Below, piece by piece: positions 45,508 to 54,093 of a DNA stretch of 64,000 nt (position 1 is the first letter of the stretch; the number at the start of each line of letters is the position of its first letter). Below the pieces are notes generated by a model. The model was not told the origin of the DNA and made no database searches. It saw only the letters and a list, made by a program, of their open reading frames with translations. The DNA is from a virus (lineage: Duplodnaviria > Caudoviricetes), in IMG/VR virus record IMGVR_UViG_3300021399_000102, positions 137,558 to 201,557 of that record. One strand, 5' to 3'. Both the position numbers and the translations under genes were made by a program.

Positions 45508-46266
45508 TCATTTAAGCAGAAGTGAATCATTCAAAATTATTTTTCCATCTACAAAGTCTTTATATTGTTTCTCACCAATAAAGTAGATTCTTATTCCTGG
45601 ATTATTTTCCAAGACAAGACTCATCTTTTCCTTGTCTTTGTCTGAATAATAACCCTTTACTTCAATATACTCGTTTGTATCAGGTAAGTAGAAATCTGGA
45701 TTATAGGTCTTGCGTATTCCATCCTTAATGTATTTCAATGATTTGTTTCTGATCCAATTTATGTCGGTTGAAGTTAATTTGTTGGCAACATTCTCCTCCC
45801 AGTGACCCCGTACAGTATATTCAACCCCATCTAAGTTCTTCACTTTATACCAACCAACATCTTTGAATCCCCCTTTACACGAATCAAGATATTTAGAACG
45901 AATTTCAGAAAGTTTCTCTCGTGTTTCTTTGGTGTGAGTATGATGTAAAATTCTTTTTTGTGAGATTTTATTTTTCTCTGCTATTTGTCTTATTTTTATT
46001 GATGTCTCGCTGGTCAATCCCTTGTTCCATGCCATTCCCTTCTTAAATCCATGTTTCTCTTTTCTATGGATTTGCATTTCTTTTCTTGTACAGAAAATAC
46101 TTCCACAAATTGTACACTTCCAAGTGTGTTGTTGTCTATTCACATTAAAATTGCACACATGATGTTTGACTTGTTTGCCAATGAATACATGCCTACAATG
46201 ATTGGAGCAGAATCTTCCGCTCCCATATGTCCCATCATGGGGATTTCCACAATTCTCACATTTCAT
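45508..46266 (-). CDS. free-standing endonuclease (Zn fingers, NUMOD-like, PD-(D/E)XK)
   Basis: MKCENCG..GSGRFCS, C2H2 finger, AWNKGLT, YNPDFYL..YIEVKG. Confidence 0.8.
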   Translation of the reverse strand: MKCENCGNPHDGTYGSGRFCSNHCRHVFIGKQVKHHVCNFNVNRQQHTWKCTICGSIFCTRKEMQIHRKEKHGFKKGMAWNKGLTSETSIKIRQIAEKNKISQKRILHHTHTKETREKLSEIRSKYLDSCKGGFKDVGWYKVKNLDGVEYTVRGHWEENVANKLTSTDINWIRNKSLKYIKDGIRKTYNPDFYLPDTNEYIEVKGYYSDKDKEKMSLVLENNPGIRIYFIGEKQYKDFVDGKIILNDSLLLK

Positions 46267-46376
46267 AATTTTACCTTTAGTTTAATGTCGTTGTTCGCTC
46301 AACGACATCTTTATTTACAATTATACGAAAAGTTGTCCTCGAATCTGTTGGAGCGAACCATGAGTCCGAGGGCAAA
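46267..46376 (-). promoter_or_regulatory. kissing-loop leader motif, copy 1
   Basis: hairpin loop TTCGCT complementary to downstream hairpin loop AGCGAA; TATAAT-t-GTAAATA between them. Confidence 0.7.
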
Positions 46377-46378
46377 AT

Positions 46379-46471
46379 TGGTTGGGGAGGCGGGGCTCGA
46401 ACCCGCGATTGATGTAATCTCAAGAACCAACTACGTTTCTACGGCTTATAAGACCGCGTCGCTACTCCCCA
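46379..46471 (-). tRNA. atypical tRNA-Ile(UAU): no D arm, about 34 nt variable region
   Basis: acceptor TGGGGAG/CTCCCCA-ACCA, GCGGT-ct TAT aa-GCCGT, T arm GCGGG-TTCGAGC-CCCGC. Confidence 0.65.
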
Positions 46472-46496
46472 TTGAAATTAAAAGTTGAAGCCCAAG

Positions 46497-46752
46497 AAAT
46501 GGGTCAAATACATCGGTTTTCTTCCGAAGTGAAATCCCCATCTTCGCCGTTTAGACATTTCTGATTTATAACTCTTGGACTTCTGGGAGTTATACCCGGC
46601 GCGTTCAATCACTCCGCCACCATACCACAGGCTGCGATAGGGAGGGATTCAAACCCCCGGTCGAAGATTCGCCTTTCAGCAAAAGATAACACCCAACAGC
46701 AACCGGTTTGCGGTGGGTATTCTTCGACACCGAACACTGTTATCTCCCATTT
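46497..46752 (-). ncRNA. Y-RNA(YrlA)-like RNA with circularly permuted tRNA domain
   Basis: order T arm, closed acceptor stem, D arm (core 46596-46660); ends pair AAATGGG/CCCATTT. Confidence 0.55.
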
Positions 46753-46763
46753 AACTTGAAACC

Positions 46764-46840
46764 TGGAGCATCAGATGGAACTCGAATCCACAACCTCGTC
46801 CATGGCAAGGACGCGCTCTGACCAATTGAGCTACTGACGC
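46764..46840 (-). tRNA. tRNA-Gly(GCC)
   Basis: CGTCC-tt GCC at-GGACG; TCCA. Confidence 0.92.
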
Positions 46841-46922
46841 AAGATTGCCGTGCGATTTCACTGCCGACCGATGTGCCCGAAGCATCTATCATTCGCCCGA
46901 TCAAGCTTCAACACGGCAAAAG

Positions 46923-46997
46923 TGGATCGAATGATGGGTGCTGCTCCCACTTAATCCAACCTGGCAGATTGGTGTACTGCTGATGTACCACATTCGC
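46923..46997 (-). tRNA. tRNA-Gly(GCC), atypical T loop
   Basis: CCAAT-ct GCC ag-GTTGG; TCCA. Confidence 0.75.
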
Positions 46998-47004
46998 ATT
47001 AAAT

Positions 47005-47080
47005 TGGTGCGATGTGCCGGTGACGCTCCGGCCCGTTCAGCTTGGAAGGCTGACATCCTGCTAACATAAATGAACATCGC
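47005..47080 (-). tRNA. tRNA-Gly(UCC)
   Basis: TCAGC-ct TCC aa-GCTGA; CCA. Confidence 0.85.
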
Positions 47081-47119
47081 AAAAATCCTTAAACCATGAC
47101 GAAAGGGAAGCATTGAAAC

Positions 47120-47194
47120 TGGTTGTCCCGCCAGGATGTGCGCCTGGTCTAAGGGTATCAAAAACCCCTGTGCGGACTGATACACCACAGGACA
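47120..47194 (-). tRNA. tRNA-Gln(UUG)
   Basis: GGGGT-tt TTG at-ACCCT; U1-A72; CCA. Confidence 0.82.
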
Positions 47195-47884
47195 TACATT
47201 GAAATTGGGCAGGGTTTGCTTTTCCGGGGTCACCTGCGTTCTCCCCAACCGAAGACCCACGAGGGGCTTTTGATGTTTCTCGTTCGGCATCCACCTGGGG
47301 GATGGCGATACACGCAGTAGGCTACGCTGCTCCCTGGGTCTGCTGTTCCCCCAGCTCAGCCCAACACGTTCTTGGGACTTCACCAACGGTCGATTCGTCT
47401 ACGTCCTGTTGGCTTGCATATGGCGTTGTTCGTGATATCCCACAATATTGAACTCAAGCAACACGTCGGGATTCGGACCACGGTCTCCCCCCATACGAGA
47501 GGTATTCTGCCTTTTTGAACTATTCGTGTCTAATCCTCATGTGACGAACAACACCTAAAGAGGGAGTGTTTGCAGAGCAAGACTTCACCGGTAGCCACCA
47601 TCTTGCTTTTCGACTGCTGGGGTTTCTATCATTCACTCTTCCAGAATGCATCGAAACTAGGAACTTGCGCGTTAACCTACACACATCACATCCCCTGAAC
47701 ACACAACCCATATTGAAATTCTTGAAGCGGAGTTTGCTTGTGGATGCGTCTATAGCCACAGAGCCACCATGTTTACGGACCAGGAAAGAAGCTTTCTGAC
47801 CCCTGAATCCTATTTGTCCATTCATGACTGAACAACCCTCAGACGCTTATTATGTCTTCTCCGCACAATCTATCTGAGGGAAAT

Positions 47885-47960
47885 TGGTGTCCCAGACTTG
47901 AGTCGAACAAGCCACCTGATTCTTAGGAGGAATCCGCTCTTCCTGATGAGCTACTGGGAC
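47885..47960 (-). tRNA. tRNA-Arg(CCU)
   Basis: GATTC-ct CCT aa-GAATC; CCA. Confidence 0.92.
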
Positions 47961-48075
47961 ATTGAAATGCAGGAAGGAAGAAGAACGTAGTGGACTCGAA
48001 CCACCTCAGCCGTCGCATTCTCAATCAAGAGTGGGAACACCCATCCCAGATGTACGTTCTTGCTTCTCTCTCAAA

Positions 48076-48149
48076 TGGCGGGGTATCCGGGTGCTGCCCC
48101 CGGGACGCAAGTTAGACAGACTAACGTGATACTGTTTCACCAATACCCC
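48076..48149 (-). tRNA. tRNA-Asp(GUC)
   Basis: loop ct GTC ta, weak anticodon stem; GCCA. Confidence 0.75.
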
Positions 48150-48526
48150 CTTGAAATAGCAAGGTCTCATTTTTCAACCACTCGCCACCCATCCTACTCG
48201 GATTTTGAGATGTCTCCTGTACGGGGAGCCACGTATACTTTCGCTCGCCACTACTCGCGCACCGCCCATATTGGCGGCCTCTACTGTCCTTTCAGCCTTA
48301 GCCTTGTCCGTTGTATGAGACCCATATGTGAATCTGTTGCGTTCACGTGTTCTACGCAACTTCTGGCATGCCGAGGGGATGATCCACAATCCCCAAATCA
48401 AATCCATTCACTTGTCAAAGAACAACCTTTGTCTAATGCGCAAGCATTATTCAAAGAGCAATGTCTTTCCGGATGTTCTTGGACACATCCATCAAAGAGC
48501 AATAGCCATCAAAATTGGCATAGATA

Positions 48527-48555
48527 ATTATACAATACATCACGACCCAAGTAAA
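48527..48555 (-). promoter_or_regulatory. internal sigma70 promoter of the RNA array, followed by boxA-like sites
   Basis: TTTACT-N17-TATAAT; TGCTCTTTGA at 48492-48501 and 48451-48460; GTTCTTTGACAA at 48412-48423. Confidence 0.75.
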
Positions 48556-48573
48556 GGGAATTTTCAACAAAAA

Positions 48574-48651
48574 TGGTCTTCACGGAAGGAATCGAACCTT
48601 CGACCTCCACTATGTCAAAGTGGCACTCTTAACCTACTGAGCTACGCGAAG
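48574..48651 (-). tRNA. tRNA-Val(GAC)
   Basis: CCACT-tt GAC at-AGTGG; ACCA. Confidence 0.9.
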
Positions 48652-48653
48652 TT

Positions 48654-48728
48654 TGGTGGATGAGGAGAGAATCGGACTCCCAGCACATACCATGTGAAGG
48701 TATTGCTCTACCATTGAGCTACTCATCC
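48654..48728 (-). tRNA. tRNA-Val(CAC)
   Basis: ATACC-tt CAC at-GGTAT; ACCA. Confidence 0.9.
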
Positions 48729-48738
48729 ATATTGAAAT

Positions 48739-48815
48739 TGGGTTGTCTTGCTGGTTCTGCCCCAGCGATTTCCCCGTCCACAGCGGGGCGTCTTCACTAC
48801 TCGACCAAAGACAAC
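48739..48815 (-). tRNA. tRNA-His(GUG)
   Basis: CCCCG-ct GTG ga-CGGGG; G-1:C73; CCA. Confidence 0.85.
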
Positions 48816-48824
48816 ATCTAAATT

Positions 48825-48907
48825 CGGAGTGTGATAGATTTGCACTATCGGATGCTTTCACATCACAGATTTCCAATCTGACCCAATAACTACTCTGGCA
48901 ACACTCC
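48825..48907 (-). tRNA. tRNA-Ser(GGA)
   Basis: CAGA-tt GGA aa-TCTG, long variable arm, no encoded CCA. Confidence 0.82.
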
Positions 48908-48914
48908 ATAAATT

Positions 48915-49009
48915 CGGAGTTGGGTGGATTTGAACCACCACAGGGACTTTGACATCCCCTACTAACGGTTTAGCAAACCGTGGCCTTACCTGGTTAGGCT
49001 TACAACTCC
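48915..49009 (-). tRNA. tRNA-Ser(GCU)
   Basis: ACGGT-tt GCT aa-ACCGT, long variable arm, no encoded CCA. Confidence 0.88.
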
Positions 49010-49016
49010 ATAAAAG

Positions 49017-49105
49017 TGGAAGAGGGTATCCGATTCGGACGGATGGACGCTATTAACGCCACAGAGGTTCAAGCTCTGCTCAATAGACCACTCTGACAAC
49101 CCTCC
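49017..49105 (-). tRNA. tRNA-Ser(UGA)
   Basis: CAGAG-ct TGA ac-CTCTG, long variable arm. Confidence 0.85.
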
Positions 49106-49116
49106 ATTGAAATCTA

Positions 49117-49202
49117 CGGATGGAGCTGGACTTGCACCAACATGTGGCTTTCACCACCCTTGCTTTCGAGGCAAGACCTTTACTATTTAGGAGAATCCAT
49201 CC
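49117..49202 (-). tRNA. tRNA-Ser(CGA)
   Basis: CTTGC-ct CGA aa-GCAAG, long variable arm, no encoded CCA. Confidence 0.8.
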
Positions 49203-49776
49203 ATCTTGAAATTGAAAAGGAATATGGCGTTCCTGTTTCGCAAGGTTATGAGCCTTGAATACGACATGGACTCAGATGACTACTCGCTGTGGCTGGTCAC
49301 ATCTTCCGGAAGTTTTGCGGACTTGACTTTTTTAGTCCCGCCAGTTGGAGCATTGCTTTCGCACCACTTGTTGCTGTATCGCACAAGCATATTTCGTCAT
49401 TCAGGCTTGCCATCAAGCCTTGGCTTTTCTGCTACCCCCAGGGAGAGAAATGCCAACAAAGAGACATCGTTGAAATTGAACCAGAGACCAGAATTATTCG
49501 GCATGAACTTGCTTGGCATCGTCACACCAAGTATGTAGGTTCATACGTCAACCTTTAACGACTGCAAGAGTTGGACGTACACGAGGTTGCTATCCATTGG
49601 TACGTGTGGTCTTCTTCGGCGCTTATCTCTGTTCAGACCATCTTCATGCGAGTCTTATGACTGGAATGCGAATCCAATCAAAATGATGGAAGCAGTGGGA
49701 TTCGGGCCCACATTGGGGATTTCACCCATCCGCTTACCGAAGATTCCTTTCCTGTTCGGTTTCATGCTCCCATAAA

Positions 49777-49862
49777 TGGTCGGAGTGGAGGGATTTGAAC
49801 CCCCGAGGCTTTCGCATCTGCTCCCAAAGCAGACCCGGTACCAGGCTACGGTCTACACTCCG
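49777..49862 (-). tRNA. tRNA-Pro(UGG)
   Basis: TCTGC-tt TGG ga-GCAGA; C1-G72; ACCA; small extra variable hairpin. Confidence 0.9.
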
Positions 49863-49875
49863 ATGTAAATTGTAA

Positions 49876-50291
49876 ATGAACCATCCGACTGGGAGTTGCC
49901 CCACCTTGCGTCTAAACAAACGCTGCGCAAGCAACCATCGCAGGACATCCCACGAATTTTCACCATATCCCATTTATCTGCATCCACCTGCAACGGATGT
50001 ACCCCTCCACTTTTATTGTGTGAATCATTGGGATCCGCCAAGGCAGATCGTTATCTAGGACTTTCCATTGCTCATGGGTAGCCTTTCTTTCGGGTATGCA
50101 CCTTCGTTTATACGAAGCATCTCCTCTTCTCGGAGAAACCTTCGCAATCAGCATGAGTTTTGCTACTCTACTCACCACTATAGTGCGCCCATTCACTCAT
50201 TAAGGGGCTTGGTTTAACTTACTTTCCATTGTGGTGTAAGGCTGCCGTTGAAGCATTAAGCATACTGGGTTTCACTCCCCATCTGGTTCAT
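49876..50291 (-). ncRNA. candidate large structured RNA (~415 nt)
   Basis: closing helix ATGAACCA/TGGTTCAT, many hairpins, CAATGGAAAGT twice, no credible ORF, directly after a promoter and boxA. Confidence 0.5.
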
Positions 50292-50371
50292 AAAGTCGAT
50301 TGTCAAAGAGCAATCTTTGTCTATGCGAACTTGTCGCACATCAAAGATCTACGTTCAAATGAACGTATTCA

Positions 50372-50400
50372 ATTATACGCGCAATTGAACGTATTGTAAA
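50372..50400 (-). promoter_or_regulatory. internal sigma70 promoter plus boxA
   Basis: TTTACA-N17-TATAAT; TGCTCTTTGACAA at 50300-50312. Confidence 0.75.
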
Positions 50401-50402
50401 GT

Positions 50403-50477
50403 TGGCATCCCTGCACGGTAACGCTCCGTGGTCTGGTGGATGAAAACCACCCGATCTTACTTTTAATCTACAGGGAC
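50403..50477 (-). tRNA. tRNA-Glu(UUC)
   Basis: GGTGG-tt TTC at-CCACC; GCCA. Confidence 0.85.
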
Positions 50478-50521
50478 ATTGAAAGAGCAATGGTTGTTTG
50501 ATTTGCAAACACACATTGAAA

Positions 50522-50595
50522 TGGCAGCTCTGCACGGTATCGCGCCGTGTTCTCCTGCGTGAGAGGCAGGCGATCTGCTTCTAATCTACAGAGCC
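50522..50595 (-). tRNA. tRNA-Glu(CUC)
   Basis: CCTGC-ct CTC ac-GCAGG; GCCA. Confidence 0.85.
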
Positions 50596-50677
50596 ATTGA
50601 AATTGAAATCCAATTAAACGACATCGCTCTTTATTTGATGTGGCAATCACTGCCACATGGCAGTTTATTTTGTTTCG

Positions 50678-50761
50678 GACAGAGCCTTGCCAACCTCTTA
50701 ACCATCATTGGGAACGATGGATGGAGTCGAACCATCATGTTTGATTGCATAACCAAACGTC
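50678..50761 (-). ncRNA. second permuted tRNA-like (T-AS-D) domain, Y-RNA-like
   Basis: GATGG-TTCGACT-CCATC, CATCGTT-ccc-AATGATG, GAG-gttggcaagg-CTC. Confidence 0.55.
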
Positions 50762-50908
50762 TTGAAAATTGCTTGGCAATATTCAACCAATGTTCCAAGG
50801 GGGAATCGGACCCGTTGTTGCCTATCGTCATACTTCTCACCAGAGTAAGAACATCAATCATGGAATTGCCTTAACCATCTTGCAAGTTGGATAAATGAAC
50901 AAGTCATT

Positions 50909-50987
50909 TGGAGAGCGAGGTGGGAATCGAACCCACATTATCGCGGTTTTGCAGACCGCGCCCAGTGCCAATATCGAGAACTCGCCC
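50909..50987 (-). tRNA. tRNA-Cys(GCA)
   Basis: GCGGT-ct GCA aa-ACCGC; TCCA. Confidence 0.9.
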
Positions 50988-51111
50988 AAATTGACAAGCG
51001 ACACCCGGTCTGGTTTGACGGGGCAGAGCTGCGCAGATTGCACCCCTCCAGCATCTCGCCGTGCGCAATGGCGCGTTCTGATTGAACTACGTATGTGTCG
51101 CAAATTATCTA

Positions 51112-51795
51112 TTAAATTATACGGCCTTTTCTCCAACCATTTGGAATTGGATTTGTTTTTAGAATGACTTTGTTCTCACCAGTTAAATCATTACAAATCC
51201 ACATCTTTCCAAATTGATTGTTGTTTCTACCTTGTTTCTTTTCTGACATTTTTCTACGAGATTCGTTTGAATGATGCTTACCATACATGGGGTTTAATTC
51301 GCCCGTTTTAGGATGACTTTTGGCGTATTGTTTATTTGCCATTGAATTCTTTTTACGCCATTCTTCATATTTCTCAGGATTATTTTCTTTCAACCGTTTA
51401 GCCCACCCTTTTGATGGATATTCACCCGTTTCTTCAAAAATCCTTTTACATGTTTCAGAAAGTGGCTTAAAATTTCCACTATGATTTAATCCAGTTGTGT
51501 TCAAATAATCCCAACCACCTTGACCACCAAGTTTGATGTTATAGACATCATTACGATTCAAAAAATCTTCATTTACGAGTTCAGCTTCCTTTGCGTTCAT
51601 TTCCTCTTGTGAAGAACACTCAAATAGAATCTCTCGCTTGAAATTCTGTTCGCCATACTTCTCTATGGCGCGTTGGATTAGAATGCCCGAACCCAAATAT
51701 CCATCATCCAGGTTGTCCGTTTCATGTTTGCCAATGTAGATTTTACCATTGACCAGATTAGTGGTCTTGTAAACCAAATAATGTTTCTTCTTCAT
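51112..51795 (-). CDS. GIY-YIG (Seg-like) homing endonuclease with NUMOD3
   Basis: YLVYKTTNLVNGKIYIGKH..DGYLGSG..YNIKLGG; NPMYGKHHSNESRRKMSE. Confidence 0.92.
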   Translation of the reverse strand: MKKKHYLVYKTTNLVNGKIYIGKHETDNLDDGYLGSGILIQRAIEKYGEQNFKREILFECSSQEEMNAKEAELVNEDFLNRNDVYNIKLGGQGGWDYLNTTGLNHSGNFKPLSETCKRIFEETGEYPSKGWAKRLKENNPEKYEEWRKKNSMANKQYAKSHPKTGELNPMYGKHHSNESRRKMSEKKQGRNNNQFGKMWICNDLTGENKVILKTNPIPNGWRKGRII

Positions 51796-51910
51796 GTTCT
51801 TTTACCTTTAGATTTACGAGGTTGTTTGCTCCAACCTCATTACTGTTTACAATTATACTCAGATTAAGTCCCCACATCCCTGTTGGGAGCAAACCATGAA
51901 GGAGGGGGAC
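51796..51910 (-). promoter_or_regulatory. kissing-loop leader motif, copy 2
   Basis: loop TTTGCTC complementary to loop GAGCAAA; TATAAT-t-GTAAACA between. Confidence 0.7.
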
Positions 51911-51915
51911 AAATT

Positions 51916-51988
51916 CACGGTCTGGTGGAGTCGAACCACCCTCTTCGGATTTGGAGTCCGAGGCACTCTCCATGAAGACCAAGACCGT
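51916..51988 (-). tRNA. tRNA-Trp(CCA)
   Basis: TCGGA-ct CCA aa-TCCGA; no encoded CCA tail. Confidence 0.85.
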
Positions 51989-51995
51989 ATTGAAA

Positions 51996-52071
51996 TGGCA
52001 CTCCCACTCAGATTCCAACTGAGAATACAGAGTTCGTAGCCCTGGAGTTTATGCGATTAGCTTATGGGAGC
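51996..52071 (-). tRNA. tRNA-Arg(ACG)
   Basis: CAGGG-ct ACG aa-CTCTG; GCCA. Confidence 0.85.
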
Positions 52072-52081
52072 ATTCAAGAAA

Positions 52082-52155
52082 TGGCTGGGGATGATGGTAT
52101 TGCGCCACCTCTAAAAGGTTCAGAGCCTTCTGTACCACTTTTATACGAATCCCCA
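52082..52155 (-). tRNA. tRNA-Gln(CUG)
   Basis: GAAGG-ct CTG aa-CCTTT; TGGGGAT/ATCCCCA-GCCA. Confidence 0.88.
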
Positions 52156-52549
52156 ATTGTTAAAAGAGCTGAGCGTTTTTGCCGATGTTTGGTTATCTAT
52201 TCATTGATATCCATACATTGGGGAGTGGAGGATGTACACCATCAAAGCTCGTGTACCGACCCATGAAACACACAAACCACCTGGTCTTATGGTGATTCCA
52301 GGAACCAATCAATCCCACAATATCTGAATAAGTGGAGTCAAATCGTAAATTGAAATTGGCGGCAACGTCCGATTCTCACGGCACAAACAGCTCCCTGCTG
52401 CCATGCTCATATGGTTTCCCTATCTAGAGTCAAGAAACCACGTCCCTTGTTTCGGAGCAAGGCGAATTCAATTCCTTTGACTCCTTCGTGGATTACATCA
52501 TATTGCCAAAATTGGTGGAAGTGTCGCACAAGGGGACACGTACCATAAA

Positions 52550-52623
52550 TGGTGGACACGTCCGGTAACGCTCCGGAGTCTCCTCAATGCCATTGAGGTG
52601 TTCTACTATTGAACTAGCGGCCC
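52550..52623 (-). tRNA. tRNA-Ala(GGC)
   Basis: CCTCA-at GGC at-TGAGG; ACCA. Confidence 0.85.
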
Positions 52624-52625
52624 AT

Positions 52626-52699
52626 TGGTGGAGTCGTCGAGAATCGAACTCGGATCTCTTGAATGCGAATCAAGCGTTCTACCACTGAACTAACGCCCC
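52626..52699 (-). tRNA. tRNA-Ala(CGC)
   Basis: CTTGA-tt CGC at-TCAAG; ACCA. Confidence 0.88.
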
Positions 52700-52943
52700 A
52701 TTGTGAAATCTTGGCGTGAGAGGGAGTCGAACCCTCGTCTCGTTCATTGCCATTGAAATGTCCCGGCCGTAGAACCAATGACATTGAGTTGTTCTGCCGT
52801 TGAACTATCACCCCATCTTGAAATTGGTTGGAACAACCCTACCTTCAGTATCATGAACTTTGACCCGTTTCAATCAAGAAACTGTCGGTCCAATAGGCTT
52901 GCGTTCCCAAACAGGAAATCTTCACGTCGTCATTCCAAAATTA

Positions 52944-53019
52944 TGGTGGAAGAGGATGGGATCGAACCATCACCTTTGGATTTTCAGTCCATAGTACACA
53001 CCAAGTATACGACCCTTCC
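52944..53019 (-). tRNA. tRNA-Phe(GAA)
   Basis: TGGA-ct GAA aa-TCCA; ACCA. Confidence 0.88.
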
Positions 53020-53155
53020 ATTATGAAATTGGTGGCTGTCTTGTGGTTATCTACTCCACTGTCTCCCCAACGGGCGATGCATCAACCCATAACGTCAGGG
53101 AACCCGTTTTACGCACGGGACAAGACCAATTACTTGCGTATCAAGCCATTGAAAC

Positions 53156-53242
53156 TGGTTGTGAGGGTTGGAATTGCACCAACGTTGTTTCTAATGTGGC
53201 GGGTTTACAGCCCGCTGCGTTCGCTACTACGCTAACCCCACA
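53156..53242 (-). tRNA. tRNA-Tyr(GUA)
   Basis: GCGGG-ct GTA aa-CCCGC; long variable region. Confidence 0.88.
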
Positions 53243-53251
53243 ATAAAATCT

Positions 53252-53339
53252 TGGTTGGAGAGGTGGGACTCGAACCCACGACAGAATTACCATGCGGGTG
53301 TATCAGACCCGTGCGTTACACCAACTTCGCCACTCTCCA
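53252..53339 (-). tRNA. tRNA-Ile(GAU) with long variable region
   Basis: CGGGT-ct GAT ac-ACCCG; ACCA. Confidence 0.85.
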
Positions 53340-53359
53340 ATTGAAATCTCGAAATCGTT

Positions 53360-53434
53360 TGGTGTCGGATGGTGGAGTCGAACCACCTTATAACGCCGTA
53401 TGAAAGCGCACCATGACCGTTCTGGCAACCCGAC
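53360..53434 (-). tRNA. tRNA-Met or Ile2 (CAU)
   Basis: GCGCT-tt CAT ac-GGCGT; ACCA. Confidence 0.82.
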
Positions 53435-53437
53435 ATT

Positions 53438-53512
53438 TGGAGCTGGAAATTGCACTCGCAGCAATGTTATCCGTCTTACGAGGACGGCGCCTGACTTCTC
53501 AGCCATTCCAGC
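53438..53512 (-). tRNA. tRNA-Thr(CGU)
   Basis: CCGTC-ct CGT aa-GACGG. Confidence 0.85.
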
Positions 53513-53649
53513 ATACTTGAAAGGTTGCTTGCATTCACATGAGTGGTTGTTGGTTTGTTCTCCAACGAGGAATCGGGAACTCATGAAGAAAGAACCATAC
53601 CGAAGAACATCTTCGTGCAATGCAAGGCTTGAAATTCATCGTGAAATCT

Positions 53650-53724
53650 TGGAGCTGACGGAAGAACTCGCATCTTCGTGTTCCGTCATACCAAGACGGC
53701 ACCTAACTTCTCAGTCACATCAGC
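53650..53724 (-). tRNA. tRNA-Thr(GGU)
   Basis: CCGTC-tt GGT at-GACGG. Confidence 0.85.
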
Positions 53725-53734
53725 ATTGAATCGT

Positions 53735-53813
53735 TGGTAGGGATGATGGGATTCGGACCCATACTGTACACGCCCTGAACGTGTCGCCTGCTGCCAAATT
53801 GGGCTACATCCCC
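53735..53813 (-). tRNA. tRNA-Leu(CAG), short variable loop
   Basis: ACACG-tt CAG gg-CGTGT; ACCA. Confidence 0.88.
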
Positions 53814-53825
53814 ATTTGTCGAAGT

Positions 53826-53911
53826 TGGTCGCCAAGGAGGGACTTGAACCCTCACGTACTTTCGTACAATAGATTTTGAGTCTATCGCGGCTGCCATTAC
53901 ACCACTTGGCG
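53826..53911 (-). tRNA. tRNA-Leu(CAA)
   Basis: ATAGA-ct CAA aa-TCTAT; long variable arm. Confidence 0.9.
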
Positions 53912-53912
53912 C

Positions 53913-53989
53913 TGGTCCTGGTGGAGGGAGTCGAACCCACACTACACGGAGTTTGAAACCGCCGGCTCTGCCAATTGGTCTACACCAGG
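53913..53989 (-). tRNA. tRNA-Leu(CAA), short variable loop
   Basis: GCGGT-tt CAA ac-TCCGT by alignment to the neighbouring Leu(CAG). Confidence 0.72.
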
Positions 53990-54000
53990 ATTCTTGAAAT

Positions 54001-54093
54001 TGGTGCGGGTGAGAGGACTTGAACCTCCACGGTACTATGATTTCCCAACAGCCCCTCAAGCTGTCGCGTACTGCCAAATTTCGCCACACCCGC
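54001..54093 (-). tRNA. tRNA-Leu(GAG)
   Basis: ACAGC-tt GAG gg-GCTGT. Confidence 0.9.

Noticed and set aside
46267-46300. preQ1 riboswitch reading of the AAACTAAAGG tail in the endonuclease leaders
   Set aside because: The hairpin loops lack the preQ1 consensus and instead covary with the upstream hairpin, and the downstream genes are nucleases.
47456-47530. tRNA-like units at 47456-47530 and 49684-49771
   Set aside because: Broken anticodon or T stems and no CCA, so no isotype can be assigned. Treated as degenerate, not as tRNA genes.
46901-50861. ORF-track calls across the RNA array (e.g. 46901..47386, 48060..48527, and likewise 53715..54341)
   Set aside because: They overlap clear tRNAs, lack RBS and motifs, and look like shadow ORFs.
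53913-53989. Possible opal suppressor or Sec tRNA (tt TCA aa register)
   Set aside because: Alignment to the neighbouring Leu(CAG) gives a CAA anticodon with Leu-type D loop and A73. TGA is the commonest real stop in this window.
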